A stretch of 64,000 nucleotides of DNA from Amoebidium appalachense (lineage: Eukaryota > Protista > Ichthyosporea). The position numbers and the translations under genes were made by a program. Below the pieces are notes generated by a model, which made no database searches, had not been told where the DNA came from, and saw only the letters and a list, made by a program, of their open reading frames with translations. Below are positions 1 through 12,991 of the stretch, one piece after another (position 1 is the first letter of the stretch; every line of letters begins with the position of its first letter). The DNA lies in contig CAVNZM010000002.1 of the NCBI GenBank assembly GCA_963693365.1, positions 13,239,615 through 13,303,614 on the forward strand, written 5' to 3'.

Positions 1-3000
1 GTCCATTTCGTTGAGAAGGGAGCTGGCCGGCACGGTTGACAGCGAACTCCGACGGCTGTATGGGTGGGTCAGTAAATGTACTCTTCTGGTAACCTAACCA
101 GGCATGCACAGTGATTATGAAACTTTGCAAGAGCTCACCGGGCTAGAATTTAACGACAAAAAAAATGTCACAACTGCGGTAATAGCGCGTTTCTAAACAA
201 TTACATATATGCAGGACCCACTGGGAAAAGGAAACAATCGACATGTCTATTCCTTAGTTCAATATTCGGATTTTATCGTATGCAAGTATTATTGTCTCAT
301 ACTGCAGAGAATATTTACCTGTCTGCCGTGTGTTGCTGTGTGTAGCCACCCAGTCCCCCGTAGGCCATTGATGGGCGCTGGGCACAACTCGTTGGTGGTT
401 GGTTCAGAATCCGGGCCATAGACTCGCACAGATGGAGTTGGTTGGCCATGTTGACGGTATGGTGTGCGAACAAGCTGTGTTGGTGGCAAAACGTAGTTAA
501 TATTTCCGTTTGTGTTGTATCTCCCTACCAATTAGAAACTGCCGGAGACTGCATGTACTGCACCGTGTCTCATAAATACCGTTGGATCTACACACAGGCA
601 AGGGGCACGTTCTTGGGGCTTCTTTTGTACACAATTGCTCCTAGGCCTCTTGCCCCAGCATCCGGGATACAGTGGGACTTCCGTGCAAGAGGATGCAAGA
701 GGTACAACTCTGAACAAGAAACATGCTTATGGACAAGCACAGAGACCAACACCTTACCCACCTAACGAACCAGGTGTGAAAAATACTTATTAAACACAAG
801 AGACTAATTTGAGACATACATATAGGTGTGTTAGTTTAGCTACTAGCATCGTAGCACCTTAGCTAGAGTGCCGTCGGTGCTGGGTGGAAGACGGTAGTTC
901 CCCCTGAGGGCCCTAGGGATACCTCCGGGAACAAAACGGGATAAAATTACAGGCTACTCCGAAACATCTTATACGTACAACAGTACCACTGATGGGTGTC
1001 GAGATGAACATAGAAGGCTTTGCGATCGACATAGACAGATAACTACTCTGGCTTCGATGGCGAGCAAGCTTGGCGAGCATAGGTCTTACCTTTGATGCGG
1101 CGTGTCCAGATGATGACGGCCGCTTACGTGCGCAGGGAGAGATAAAGGACGACTTTTCATCGAGAGTATATTGAGAGAAGGTCGACATAGGGCGGTGACA
1201 GGTTTGGTTCAAAGAACGTGCGCCATGCCCAGTCGCCATAACAAAGATACTGGAAAACTGACGCGATTCTTGGCCCTTTATGTACCCCTCAATCTGTTGG
1301 GTATGTGAGCCACCGCAATGGTTGGGGATAGATGAGCCAATGGTATTTGAGCATGATTACTATCACCACATTCCTGCAAAGATATCAGCGAGTTCCAATT
1401 GGTTGCATTTTGTAGACCATCTGATTGGATCCCTGGAATTGAAACTAACTCAGAGGTAGCAAGAACTTAGAGGTTCCCTTGATAGTGTCAGTCAAGTGCC
1501 CTAGTATTAAAACGCTTGTGACAACGCTTAGGTAACTGCTGCGGCCATCGACAAAGTTATGGTAAAGTTAGTTATGGAAAAACATATACAGTATAAGTTC
1601 TTTTTCTCTTTCACTCCCTTTTTGTAATTTGTAAATGTTTCTCATTCTAGCTCGTAAGCATAGATGACGTCCGAAGAAGGCCAGGTACTAACACCGATCG
1701 CGACGCGCCTGCCGGTGTTCGGCCTAACAAGGCCTTTAGGCTGCACGTGCACACACGAACACAGAGATTTAGCTGAAAAATTTAAAAATGCACCCCCTGC
1801 ACGTGCTCTCAACATGCACGGGGCAGCCAGAGTCCAGCCTCGGAGATGCCCGGTACCATAGGACCAGATGTTCCGTTTACACGGCAGACAACACACAGCC
1901 CAAGGCAGACCCACGCCGTTTGTCTGGTTGGGTCCGCATTGAACGACTGCATCTGTCATCTGTGCACCAGTACCTGCAGCTGGAAGAGGTGGGCACAAAG
2001 CTTAAGGATATTAGTGTTCTATACTTGGTTTTCAGTTACACTGCGCTTGATAATACATTCATGTAAAAACTTGAAGTTACACATGGATACAGTACACGCG
2101 GACGTCGTGTTTGTAACAATGTGCACGCGGGTCTGCAGTTAGTAACCAGGCAGGGCACACGAGTTTTGCCTATGTCACTATCGGAGGCTTAGCAAGTTAG
2201 CGTCCATATCATATTGGACGTAATATCATATGCATGTCGGATTTAGACGCCAAGAATAGTTGACCACGAGCTACTAGTTTTAGTGTACATGTACATGTGT
2301 ATTACCGATAGCTGTATATATATATGGCACATGCATGGTGAAGTATTCTTCAGAGCTGCAGCTCTTGCTATGATCGAACTATAGCTAGGATTCTACTAAT
2401 GTTGGTGAGCCTGTGTATACCATGTGGTATAAGTTGTTCACATGCGGGGGTTTAAAGAAGTGGCAAGCAAGTAAAACGCCTTCCATGGGCCCAGTGACTT
2501 TGTGCAACATGCATCACAGTGCAGTGGGCATGGCACGTAAGCATTTGACTCAGGTCAGCCACGTACCACTTTCGAAATGTCGAAAGGATATACCGAAGAT
2601 CTAGACCTGGCAGGTCTCTCTGTAAGCTTACTGCGCAACCGGAGGGACGGCTTGTTGACATGGGAAATTACATGGGTAAGTGATGAAGGCCTCACGTATA
2701 TGCTATGGTGATGGACAGACAGACACAGTGAGTGACAGACGTAGGCGTGGGCAGGCAGGCGAGCAAGTGCGTATGCCAAATGGGCCCTATCTGCAAGTAA
2801 GCCAGACACTTTCAGTATCGGTGTCACTCGAAAACTGTGCAGCAAGTCACCGTTGATGGACCAACACGAACAGCACGACTACCTTTTATAATGCACTATG
2901 ATTGCACGCATGTAGTTTTTTTTGTTTTTTTGTTTTTTTTTCTTTTTGTGGTGGTGATGGTGGGGGGGAAGGGGGGGATGGTTTGGTAATGGGCACAACT

Positions 3001-3427
3001 CAATTACTGCAAATTATAGTAAAATTGGTTGGTGTAGATGTATCATTGTGTACAGCATGACAACTCAACTTGTCCGACAAGAATTATTTTCTCACCATAT
3101 GCCCCCCCCCCCCCCCCCTCTCCCCCCCCCCCCCCCCTCCCCCCTCCTTCTCCCCCCTCCCCCCCCCCCCCCCCCCTCCCCCCCGCGTTGTTTACTTTCT
3201 CTTTACTGTTTACATAACAGGCGTCCACAGAAAACGGGTCCATTACTAGCCCGACTCGGAGCATGTTGCATTGCTTGTCCAAAGACAGAAACATGGGCCT
3301 TATCTTACTTCATACGAAACCAGGGTTAAGGAGATAGGCAGTTTTCATGTCGCGGGGTACGCTGGGAGGGAGGGAGGGGGGAGGGGGGATGAGAGGGGGA
3401 GGAAGGGGGGGGGAATGAGAAGGGTGG

Positions 3428-3464
<37 letters not shown>

Positions 3465-4228
3465 AAGGAGACCGGAGTTTTCGGAGGAACGATATCCATT
3501 GGGATATTCTGTCAGTGAGGTACGTAATGAAACCCCCCTCGGCCCCCTCCACCCCTCCCCGACTCTAACCACAGCGCGCCCACGTGCACCCCTCCTCCCT
3601 CTTTTTCCTTCCCCCCCCCTCCCCCCCCCCCCCCCCCCCCCCCCCCCCGCCCCCTCCCCATGACACACCCGGGTGGGGGGGAGGGGGAGGGGGCGGGAGG
3701 ATAAAATCCTGCATGGCAAAAAGAAAGGTGGAAAGTGAGGATGGGGAGGGGGGAATGGGAGGGGGAATGGGAGGGGGGGGAGGGGGGAGGAGGGGGGGGG
3801 GGGGGAGAAGGGAAGGAGGGGGGAGGGGGGTTGGCCTTGAGGCTCGATGGACTCTTATCTACACGGATCTGTGCAAAAGACAACCCGTGCCGTGTCATTG
3901 CATATGATCTTTTCCTAATGGGCCTGAGTGGTGGTACGTTAACAGTACGGAGGGTTATCTGGAAGTGCGTTTTCTAACGTCCGATATCGATTCGTGGATA
4001 TGGAGTATCGCCAAGTGCAGTGCTTGAGTCACCTTCATTACTGCCGAAATTACAAAAGTTATCTCCCAATATGCAGCGATTCACTCCCGCAGCCCCCGTC
4101 ACTCCCTTCCAACCTCCCCTTGGTGGCAACCCCCCTCCCCCCCCCCTTCATTCACTCTTTTTTTCTTTTTTTTGGTGTGTGTCTCTCTCTCTCTCTCTCC
4201 CTCTTTCTCTCTCTCTCTCTCTGTGTAT

Positions 4229-4283
<55 letters not shown>

Positions 4284-4775
4284 GGAATGGAAGAGGGGTG
4301 AGGGATCCGGTATGCGTATGGGGATTCCTTACGGTCACATTCCGGATCCGATTTGAACAAATCATCCCAAGAATTTTATTATTCGTTTTGCACTTTTGGG
4401 TAACACTCCTCGGCCTGAAGTGATGGTGTGGTTCTGCAGGTCGCCGCCTCTTGGGGGGAGTAAGGGGGGTGGGCAGGTGGGTCGGCGGGTGGGTGGGTGG
4501 GTTGGGCTGGGTTGGTTTTGGGGGAGGGGGAGGGAGGGGGGGGGGGGGAAGGGGGGGGGGGGGGAGGGAGGGCCCGAGGGTGAAGGGCCCGGGGGGGGGA
4601 TGGGGGGGCATGGCCGGCACGATGAAGAATGGGATACGGTTGTTCCAATGATGTGTGATACAGTGTGCTGTGGCAATACAATCAGTTGTGATGCCGAAAT
4701 GTTATGTGTTTGTTCATTAAGGTCATCAAGGCTTCTTGCCCTCCGGCGCCCTCCAACTCCCCTCCGCCCCCCCCC

Positions 4776-4826
<51 letters not shown>

Positions 4827-5743
4827 AAAAATGTTTTGTGAGTATATGAGCTCGAGCGTGTTACGAACGGGGGGAGGGTTAGAGGGGCAGGGGGGTACAA
4901 CTGGGGGTGGGGGGGGAGGCGACAGCCGTGGAGACTGAGGGGTGTGTGTGTGTGTGGTGGGGGGGGGGGGGGGGGGGGGGGTGGAGGGAGGGCCTACAGA
5001 ACTTCTTTGCGCCGGTCAATCCCCCTACACCCTTGAGGGGCTGACATGTGAACCTATTGAAGTCAATAGTGTTTAACCTTTCCTCACCTTTTATGCACTT
5101 ATGCTCTAGCCTGCACTTCACGTAACTAGCTGTGATGAATGCTATTAGTTTTCTTTGCACATTTAGCAAGATTTAGTCTCTCTCCCCCCCTCCCCCCCTC
5201 CCCCCTCTCCCCCCCGCCAGGCCGTGCAGTGTTCCCCCGGTAGCCGTGGGCGGGGTTGGGGGGGGGGGGGGGGGGGAGAGGGGGGGGGAGGGGGGGAGGG
5301 GGAGAGAAGGGCTGGGGCGTTTGGGTGGGGGGGAGGGGTGGGGAGGGGGTGGGGTGGGGTGGGGTGGGGTGGGCGGGGAGATAACATGCTCACATCAAAC
5401 ACTTGCACAGCCAATCCTCTTCAGTCATATCACGGCCACCATCCAAAAAAAAAAGAAGTAACCATCCCTTGGTGCTCCTGTTCTTTCCATTCGTCACCAG
5501 CTTCTACCTTCGTGTTTTCTTTACGTCTACTACAGCGCATCACTACGCCCAATTATTCTACCTCTTTATCTGTTTCTATTCCCTCCCCCCCCCCCCTCCC
5601 CCCCTCCCCCCCCCCCTCCCCCCCCCCCCCCTCCCCCCCCCGCGCCAAAAAAAAAAAAAAAGGGGGAGCATAAAATCCAAAATTAGCAATGAAATAAAAA
5701 GCGCTAAAGAAGGAAAAACAAGAGGAGATAATCATCAAATAAA

Positions 5744-5911
5744 CTATTTCCAGACGGACTGCAATAGCTGCAGCAACTGGCGGGGAGAACCCACGTTGAA
5801 GTGAGCCACGTCCCTGTGGTGGGTATTTGTGTGCTGCTCCATCAGACACGTCACACTGCCCGCACGCAGGCCGCACGTGATGTCGTCATTGTGGTCCCCA
5901 ACCATCAGAAT
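5744..5911 (-). CDS. Terminal exon of a HAD-superfamily hydrolase (YOR131C/At2g33255-like); upstream exons not found
   Basis: Acceptor tgtgcag| then ILMVGDHNDDITCGLRAGSVTCLMEQ...VWK*. MVGDxxxDIxCGxxAG is the HAD motif-IV pattern. Confidence 0.65.
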   Translation of the reverse strand: MLMVGDHNDDITCGLRAGSVTCLMEQHTNTHHRDVAHFNVGSPRQLLQLLQSVWK

Positions 5912-6177
5912 CTGCACACAGTACATCGGATCAGAGATGTGCACACAGCGGTTAAGTTAGAAACGCGCACACAGTACTTGGTGCCAAAAACGTGCGCACA
6001 GTACTTGGTGTCAGAAACGCATACAAGAAACGTGCGCACAGTACTTCGTGTGAGGCACAAGTGCACACAGTACTTGGTGTGAGGCACACGTGCACACAGT
6101 ACTTCAAGTGACGCACACGTGCACACAGTACTTGGTGTCAGAATCGTGCACACAGTACTGGGGGTCACAAACGTGCA
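5912..6177. repeat. Minisatellite, ~27-29-bp unit with core GTGCRCACAGTACTT, ~9 degenerate copies
   Basis: Repeated gtgcacacagtacttggtgt... with 12-14 nt variable remainder; abuts the HAD exon acceptor. Confidence 0.85.
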
Positions 6178-6412
6178 ATGGGTGTTGGGTGGTGTGCACG
6201 AGGGGTGTCGACTTCCCATGCTACTAAAGATAGTGTCTGAGAAAGGCAGAGAGATAGGAAGTGTGTGAATACTGAATGTGTGTGGATGGATGTGTCACCA
6301 CGAGTGCATGTGTGCATATGTGGATAGGGTGGATACACGGCTGCGTGTATGTGTGTGTGTTTGGGGGGGGGTGGGGGTGGGGGGAGAGGGAGTAGAATGT
6401 GTTATACAGTAC

Positions 6413-6460
<48 letters not shown>

Positions 6461-7907
6461 TGCGTGTAAGGGGAGGGGTGGAGGGGGGGGGAGGGGGGGG
6501 GGGGGGAGTTGTGGCTGTCTATTCCCCCCTCCCCGCCCTCCCTCCCCCCCCCCCCCCCCCCCCCCCCCCCCAGCCCCCACGCCCATGCACCCACGCACCC
6601 ATCACCACACACACAGACAGATACTTCCAAAAAAAAGGGAGAGCAAAGCAGTAAGTAAGCAGATCATTGCACAGTCTGAGGGAAGTGGGGGGGGGGGGGG
6701 GGGAGGAGGGGAGGAAGGGGAGGGGGGAGGGGGGGGGGAGGGGGGAGGGGGTTGGTAATCCAGTTCATCATCATAATTTTGTATGTGTGTGTATATATGT
6801 TTTCATTTTCATCCATTGATCATTTTCTAAGTTTATTTTCGTTTCTTTTCTTTCTTTTTCCCCTTTTTTTCATTTTTTTAGTTTATTTTATTTTATTTTA
6901 TTTAAAAAAAAAATTTTGGGTGGGGGGGGGGGGGGGGGGGGGGGTGCTAAACACAATATATTCGCTAATTATTTGGGTGTGTGCAAAAACACAACAATCT
7001 TGCCAGATTGCCAGTGCGTGGAGGCATCAAGCGGCGCAGCAAAACACCGCAAATGTGTTAATTACACGAGTGGGCTCAAAAACACAGAAAATTCGCTAAA
7101 TAGGCGGGTGCGTGCCAAAATACAGCAACTTGCCATATTGCTTATTGCTGGTGGTAGTATGCATCACATACCCAGTCTATTGGGACTATTCAACAGTCTT
7201 ACAGCACGGCTTCAGCAAGACAGAAACAGCCACATGGCCAATGAAAGTTTGGTCTAAACTTAGACTTTACCAAGTCCCGGCCTGCCCCCCCCCCCCCCCC
7301 CCTCCCCCCCCCCCCCCCCTCCCTTCCTCCCCTACCACCAATTCATCAGGCAGACCTAGTAAACTTTGGGGGTGAGAGGAAAACAGGAGGAAGTGCAAGA
7401 GGAGATTATAGACAGGTGCTTGCAAAGGGAGGTATGACGGGGAGCCCCCGGGGGTGCCCGGGGGGAAGGGGGAGGGGAGGGGCGGGAGGGGGTGGGGAGG
7501 GGGGGGGGGGGGGGGGGGAGGGCGGGCGCTTAAGAAGAGGAGGGATGGGGAGGAGAAAATATTTCTTCTTCCTTTTGACAGTGTTTAGATTTCATGTGCA
7601 CGTTTGAGTTGCGGCCCCTTGGAGGGTGGTTTTGCACGTAGCAATGTGGATGATGCTGCATGCCAATGGGGATGGAGGTTTCAACTGGGGGTTTCTCCCC
7701 CCCCCCCCCCCCCCCTCCCGCCCCAAAAGCGCTTCCCACCACCCCCTTTTTGGGGGAAGGGGGGGGGGGGGGGGGGGGTAGCAGCATCAAATGTCACCTT
7801 ATTAGTAGTGCCAAAAATAGTCAGCCCCTAATTCAATCCCTAGTATAAGATGTAGCCAGCGTCCAGGGGGGAGGGAGGGGGGGAGGGTGTGGGTGGGGAG
7901 GGAAGGT

Positions 7908-7969
<62 letters not shown>

Positions 7970-8139
7970 TCGCGCACGCGCATGGCTGCCTGCACATGAC
8001 TAGTACTTGTTTGGTCATGTGTGGCTGTGTGTGAATGTGTATGAAGTGGTGACACACCATGGCGGTGTTGGTGGATGGGGGAGGGGGGGAGAGAGAGGAG
8101 CTCGAGGGGGGGGTGGGGGGGGGGGGGGGATAGTATTAC

Positions 8140-8801
8140 CCTAATAGTACTTAGGGTAGCCTCGGTCCGCAGCGCGGCCAGCAAATGGTAGCAGAGTTGA
8201 CCGACTCAGTCACATTGGTGTGGCTGGCAGGAGGAACTCATCGAGTTGCTCAGCAATCGCCCAGGTGTTGGACTGATCGGCGATTGCAACAGCCATGAGC
8301 CGGCGGACAAGAACCGGTACCTCAACCGTGGGTGAAATGTCACGGGCGTGGTCACGTGTCTCGGGGCCACAGTACAACACGACCGTGTACTCCAAATACG
8401 ACGAGTTGAGATTCTCCACCTTCTCGTCATAGAAACAGAAAACCAGATTGACCTTGTCGATTCTGTTTCTAACTCGCGACACGTCACCTGCAGCAGGGCC
8501 GGGTTGACATGATGATGATCAGTAAGTGTTTACATACTACAGTAAATCAGTACCCGTCACCTTGAGAGACGGCCTATCTCATCTACAAAAAAATAGGGTG
8601 GGGGTGGCGGGGGGAGGGCGCCCATTTCGGGACAGGGGGGGAGGGGGGTTATTTTTTTCCCCCTCTTCTTTGATTTTTTTTATTTATTTTTTTTGGCCGG
8701 AGGGGAGTGAGAGGGGGGGGGGGAGAGAGAGGAGGGGGAGGGGTTCAGTTAGGTCACCAGGAAGGCAAGAAGACTTGGGGTTTGTTTTACTTCTTTTTTT
8801 T

Positions 8802-8854
<53 letters not shown>

Positions 8855-8931
8855 TCTTCCTTTTTTTTTTTTTTTTTTCGATTTCTTTTTTTTTTCCTGA
8901 TTGGCCGGAAAGGGGCGGATTTCGGGACGGG

Positions 8932-8967
<36 letters not shown>

Positions 8968-9606
8968 AAGGGGGGGGGGGGGGGGTGTTTGTCATACAGG
9001 TACTGGAAGGCGGGAAGACCTCGAGTAGGAGCAGGTCAACTTGGGCTGCGAGCAAGTGTTTGGTACCGGTGCACGTTGCTGGCAAAATGGTATGCTTTCA
9101 GGTTGGGCAGGGTGTAGATGAGATCACCTGGCCTGTGCACTGCTCGGTACACTGGGATGTTGGGGCTCTCCAGTGCTGCATGCATCGAGCTGACAACACG
9201 TCCTGCCCCCAACCGAGTCACCCCAGTTAGCAACATCACCTATAAAAACACTGGGGCAGTGCAACCTGAGGGTGATTTCTGAGCACCTTGCCCCATCTGG
9301 TGCGTGGCGTGGCTCTTGTGTTATTCCTACTTTTTTTTTCCCTTTCTTTCTTTCTTTTTTTTTTTGTGTGTGTGTGTGTGTTTGTGTGTTTGGGGGGGGG
9401 GGGGGGGGAGGGGGGGGGGAAGGGAGGGGAGCGGGGGGGGGGGGGGGGGGGGGGGGAGGGGGGGAGGGGAGGGAGGGGGAGAGCATTGCCAACACGTACA
9501 GCATCAAAGAATACATTTTTCGGGTTACCCATTGCCATTAGACAGCCAGCACCGTTTATCTAAGCTGCCCCAGAGTAAGTGGCCACAGGCAGCACCGGTT
9601 ATATCA

Positions 9607-9642
<36 letters not shown>

Positions 9643-10848
9643 CCCCCTCCCCCCCTCACCACTGCCACCACGTGCACCTGGTCCAAAAACAAGGAAACCA
9701 ATCAGACCTCTTTGACGGCGAGCCTCTGAATACAATAAACTCCATTTAAAGAAACCCTTTTTGAATAATTTTTCAACACAACAGAAATTTAGAAACTCTA
9801 CCCTCGATTGTACCGGCCAGTCGCTACTAGGTCTTACTGCTATGGGCTCGCGGGTGTCTGTGTGGTGGAGACAGTTAACACTCGATCCAGCATGGCAAAA
9901 ATGAGGAGAGACAAGAGAACCCTTTTTGAATAATTTTTCAACACAACAGAAATTAAGAAACTCTACCCTCGATTGTACCGGCCAGTCGCTACTAGGTCTT
10001 ACTGCTATGGGCTCGCGGGTGTCTGTGTGGTGGAGACAGTTAACACTCGATCCAGCATGGCAAAAATGAGGAGAGACAAGAGAACCCACAAATAAGCCGC
10101 GAACACCATAGCCATAGATGTACTAAGTTATGCTAAGCATACTACTTATGTATAGCATTATAACAGTTTGACTCGGGCCCTAAGACAGTGCCACGGACAT
10201 TGTTCAAACGATGCACCTGTCTATTAGACTCCATGCCTCTTTGTGCCGCGGCGTAGAGCTTAAAAGGCGTATGTAGATTCTTTCCGTTCCTTTTACACAA
10301 TCCTAAAATCATTCATAGCACCAAGCTCGACAAGCCCATATATAGCTAGGGGAAGTCCGGCTTGCCACACCACTCCTCCTGACCCCCCCCCCCCCCCCCC
10401 CCCCCCCCATCAAAAAAAAAACAAAACAAAAAAAACCACACTCACACATCAGTACACGCCCACCCGGTGCAGCACATTCAGTTTTCCACAGCTTGGCTCT
10501 CAGCATAATCGCAGAAACGTATACGGAACTAAATTTGAATGCAGCGACATACTCCAGGCACGGCACTTACATACACAAACACATACAGCTCATAATATTA
10601 TAATTTAAAAGAAGAAGGTCACTCACATAAAACACAAACAATTTGGAACGTGGCCGAACACAGACTCCTGGACCAACAGAACATGAATTACTTTCCCACG
10701 GCTGTCTCGGGGCATTCTAGCCGGCTGGACCAAGGCGATAGTCTATCTTTGGGACACTCCTCCTATAGCTGCCAGATTAAGGGGACGGCCAATGGCCAAG
10801 TCCCCAGTCTTTATTTACGTCTGGTTTTAGAGCTACGGTGGTCACCAT
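8140..10848 (-). pseudogene. Divergent KDM4-like JmjN/JmjC (2OG-Fe(II) oxygenase) gene, disrupted
   Basis: Minus-strand segments occur in KDM4 order: KNLHTPFKLYAAAQRG..HRLNNVRGTVL (cf. WKNLTFNPPIYGADV..WNIGRL); YIYGYG..GSLVSPHFCHAGSSVNCLH (cf. YLYFGM..FAWHTEDMDLYSINYLH); NIPVYRAVHRPGDLIYTLPNLKAYHFASN (cf. GIPF..Q..GEFMITFPYGYHAGFN). In-frame stops and frameshifts are present. Ends are approximate. Confidence 0.55.
9753..10087. repeat. Direct tandem duplication, 165-bp unit x2
   Basis: aaccctttttgaataa... starts at 9753 and 9918; one mismatch seen (gaaatttag vs gaaattaag); 55 codons, in frame in the JmjC exon. Confidence 0.95.
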
Positions 10849-11198
10849 TGCCACGTAGAATAAACTGCCTATAGGTTCCACAATGGCACAAAGGCATAAT
10901 ATTGAATGTAAAAGGCCCTCATTTTGAACCTTCGTGTGATGGGAAGCCTTCCACATGGGCAAATTACACGAGTGCAAGTACACAGGTGCATGCATGCGTA
11001 TGCAGGTGCACGTATTATCCCATCCATTCATGATACCTGCAACAATGGACACATTACTACACGCGTACGTCCATGTGCGTGCACACATGCATGATTCATA
11101 CATGCCTGTGCATACGTGCATACAAGCATGCATTCCACATGCACCTGCACACGTGCATGCATCACACGTGCACACACTCATGTAGGTGCACGAACAGG

Positions 11199-11420
11199 CT
11201 ACATGTGGCCCCGGTGGGCCCTGAATGTCAGCAGGTCGACCTTTGTGACCACCCCCAGGCACCAGTTGTTGTCGTCCGTGATGAATGCTATGCTGTTATG
11301 CTGGTGCTGCGGTGAAGGTGGAGTGATTAGAGAGTGCGTGTGTGATGTTGAATTCAACTTGTGGGTATGGATACAGGTGCACGCCGACGTACACATGCCG
11401 ATTGTTGACAAGAAACTGAT

Positions 11421-11458
<38 letters not shown>

Positions 11459-11460
11459 GG

Positions 11461-11511
<51 letters not shown>

Positions 11512-11530
11512 AGGAGGGGAAGTGTGTGTG

Positions 11531-11617
<87 letters not shown>

Positions 11618-11697
11618 AGATATCAGATTAGAGGGGACAACGTCGCAAAGTGGCGGCGGCATGTATTTCCTTTTTTTTTTTTTTTTTTTTTGTGGGG

Positions 11698-11738
<41 letters not shown>

Positions 11739-11972
11739 GAAGGGGGGGGGGGGGGGGGGGGGGGGGGGAGGGGGGGAGGGGGGGGAGGGGGGAGGTCAGG
11801 CTGATCCAACAGCATGAATGTAAAATAGAGTCCTCTTACACTGTGCTTGTATGCATGCGTGCAGGTGCAGGCCTTGTGATATATGCTAAGGTGCCAGCCT
11901 GTAAGTGTGTGTGTTTGGGGGCTGGTAATGGTGGTGCTAGTGGTGCTCAGAGGTGGTGGTGGTGGTGGTGGT

Positions 11973-12026
<54 letters not shown>

Positions 12027-12186
12027 GGCATGGGGCGCAAGGGGGGGGGGGGGGGGGGGGGGGCTACCTGTGCCTCAAAGAATTTCTCCAATTCTGCCAG
12101 GGGGGTGTCCAGGGTGATGGGCACGTAGGGCTGTCCGGTGGTGCTGCGACTGAATTTCTGCATCACACTGCTTACTGGGTCACTGC

Positions 12187-12278
<92 letters not shown>

Positions 12279-12392
12279 TGTGTGGGTATGTGTGCTCGTG
12301 TAGGTGTGAACGTGTGTGTATGTTCTAATTTGTGCATGCACATGAACACCTGCAATGGCAAAAAGCTGGTAGAAAAGGGCCCCCGGGGGCGG

Positions 12393-12430
<38 letters not shown>

Positions 12431-12909
12431 TGGAGGGGGGTGTTAGATAATAAGATGTGTTGTTGCGACAACAACCACTTCCCTCTCGCGAATATGAATG
12501 AAACAACTCCGTCCCACTGATACTACGCTAAGACGAGTGTGTCTTGAATGCATATATGACATGCAACCACACAGTCACAGAAATGTGATGGCATATATAC
12601 ATGCACGTACATGCGACACACATGCGGAGACAAACTTGTACACACACACAGCGGAAGACAACACAGGGCCAGGCATGGGCAAAACACGTGCAGGCACAGG
12701 CACATAGACACATGCACACGAAAGAACACAAGTATACACAGGCACAAACGTAGGCATGCTAAGATGTAAAATTACCCACAGGCTCACACCCAAGCAGGCA
12801 TGCAGCCACGCAGGCAAGCACACACACGCACACACGCACGCACACGCACACGCACACACACACACACACACGCGCACGCACACGCACACGCACACGCACA
12901 CGCACACGC

Positions 12910-12991
<82 letters not shown>

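Noticed and set aside
5912-6177. CRISPR-like look (conserved core with variable spacers)
   Set aside because: The spacers are only 12-14 nt and related to each other, the context is a eukaryotic intron, and there are no cas genes.
8206-8300. WAIAEQLDEFLLP as a GT92/GT2 DxDEF glycosyltransferase motif
   Set aside because: The first Asp is missing, and the exon splices in phase to the JmjC-like exon upstream.
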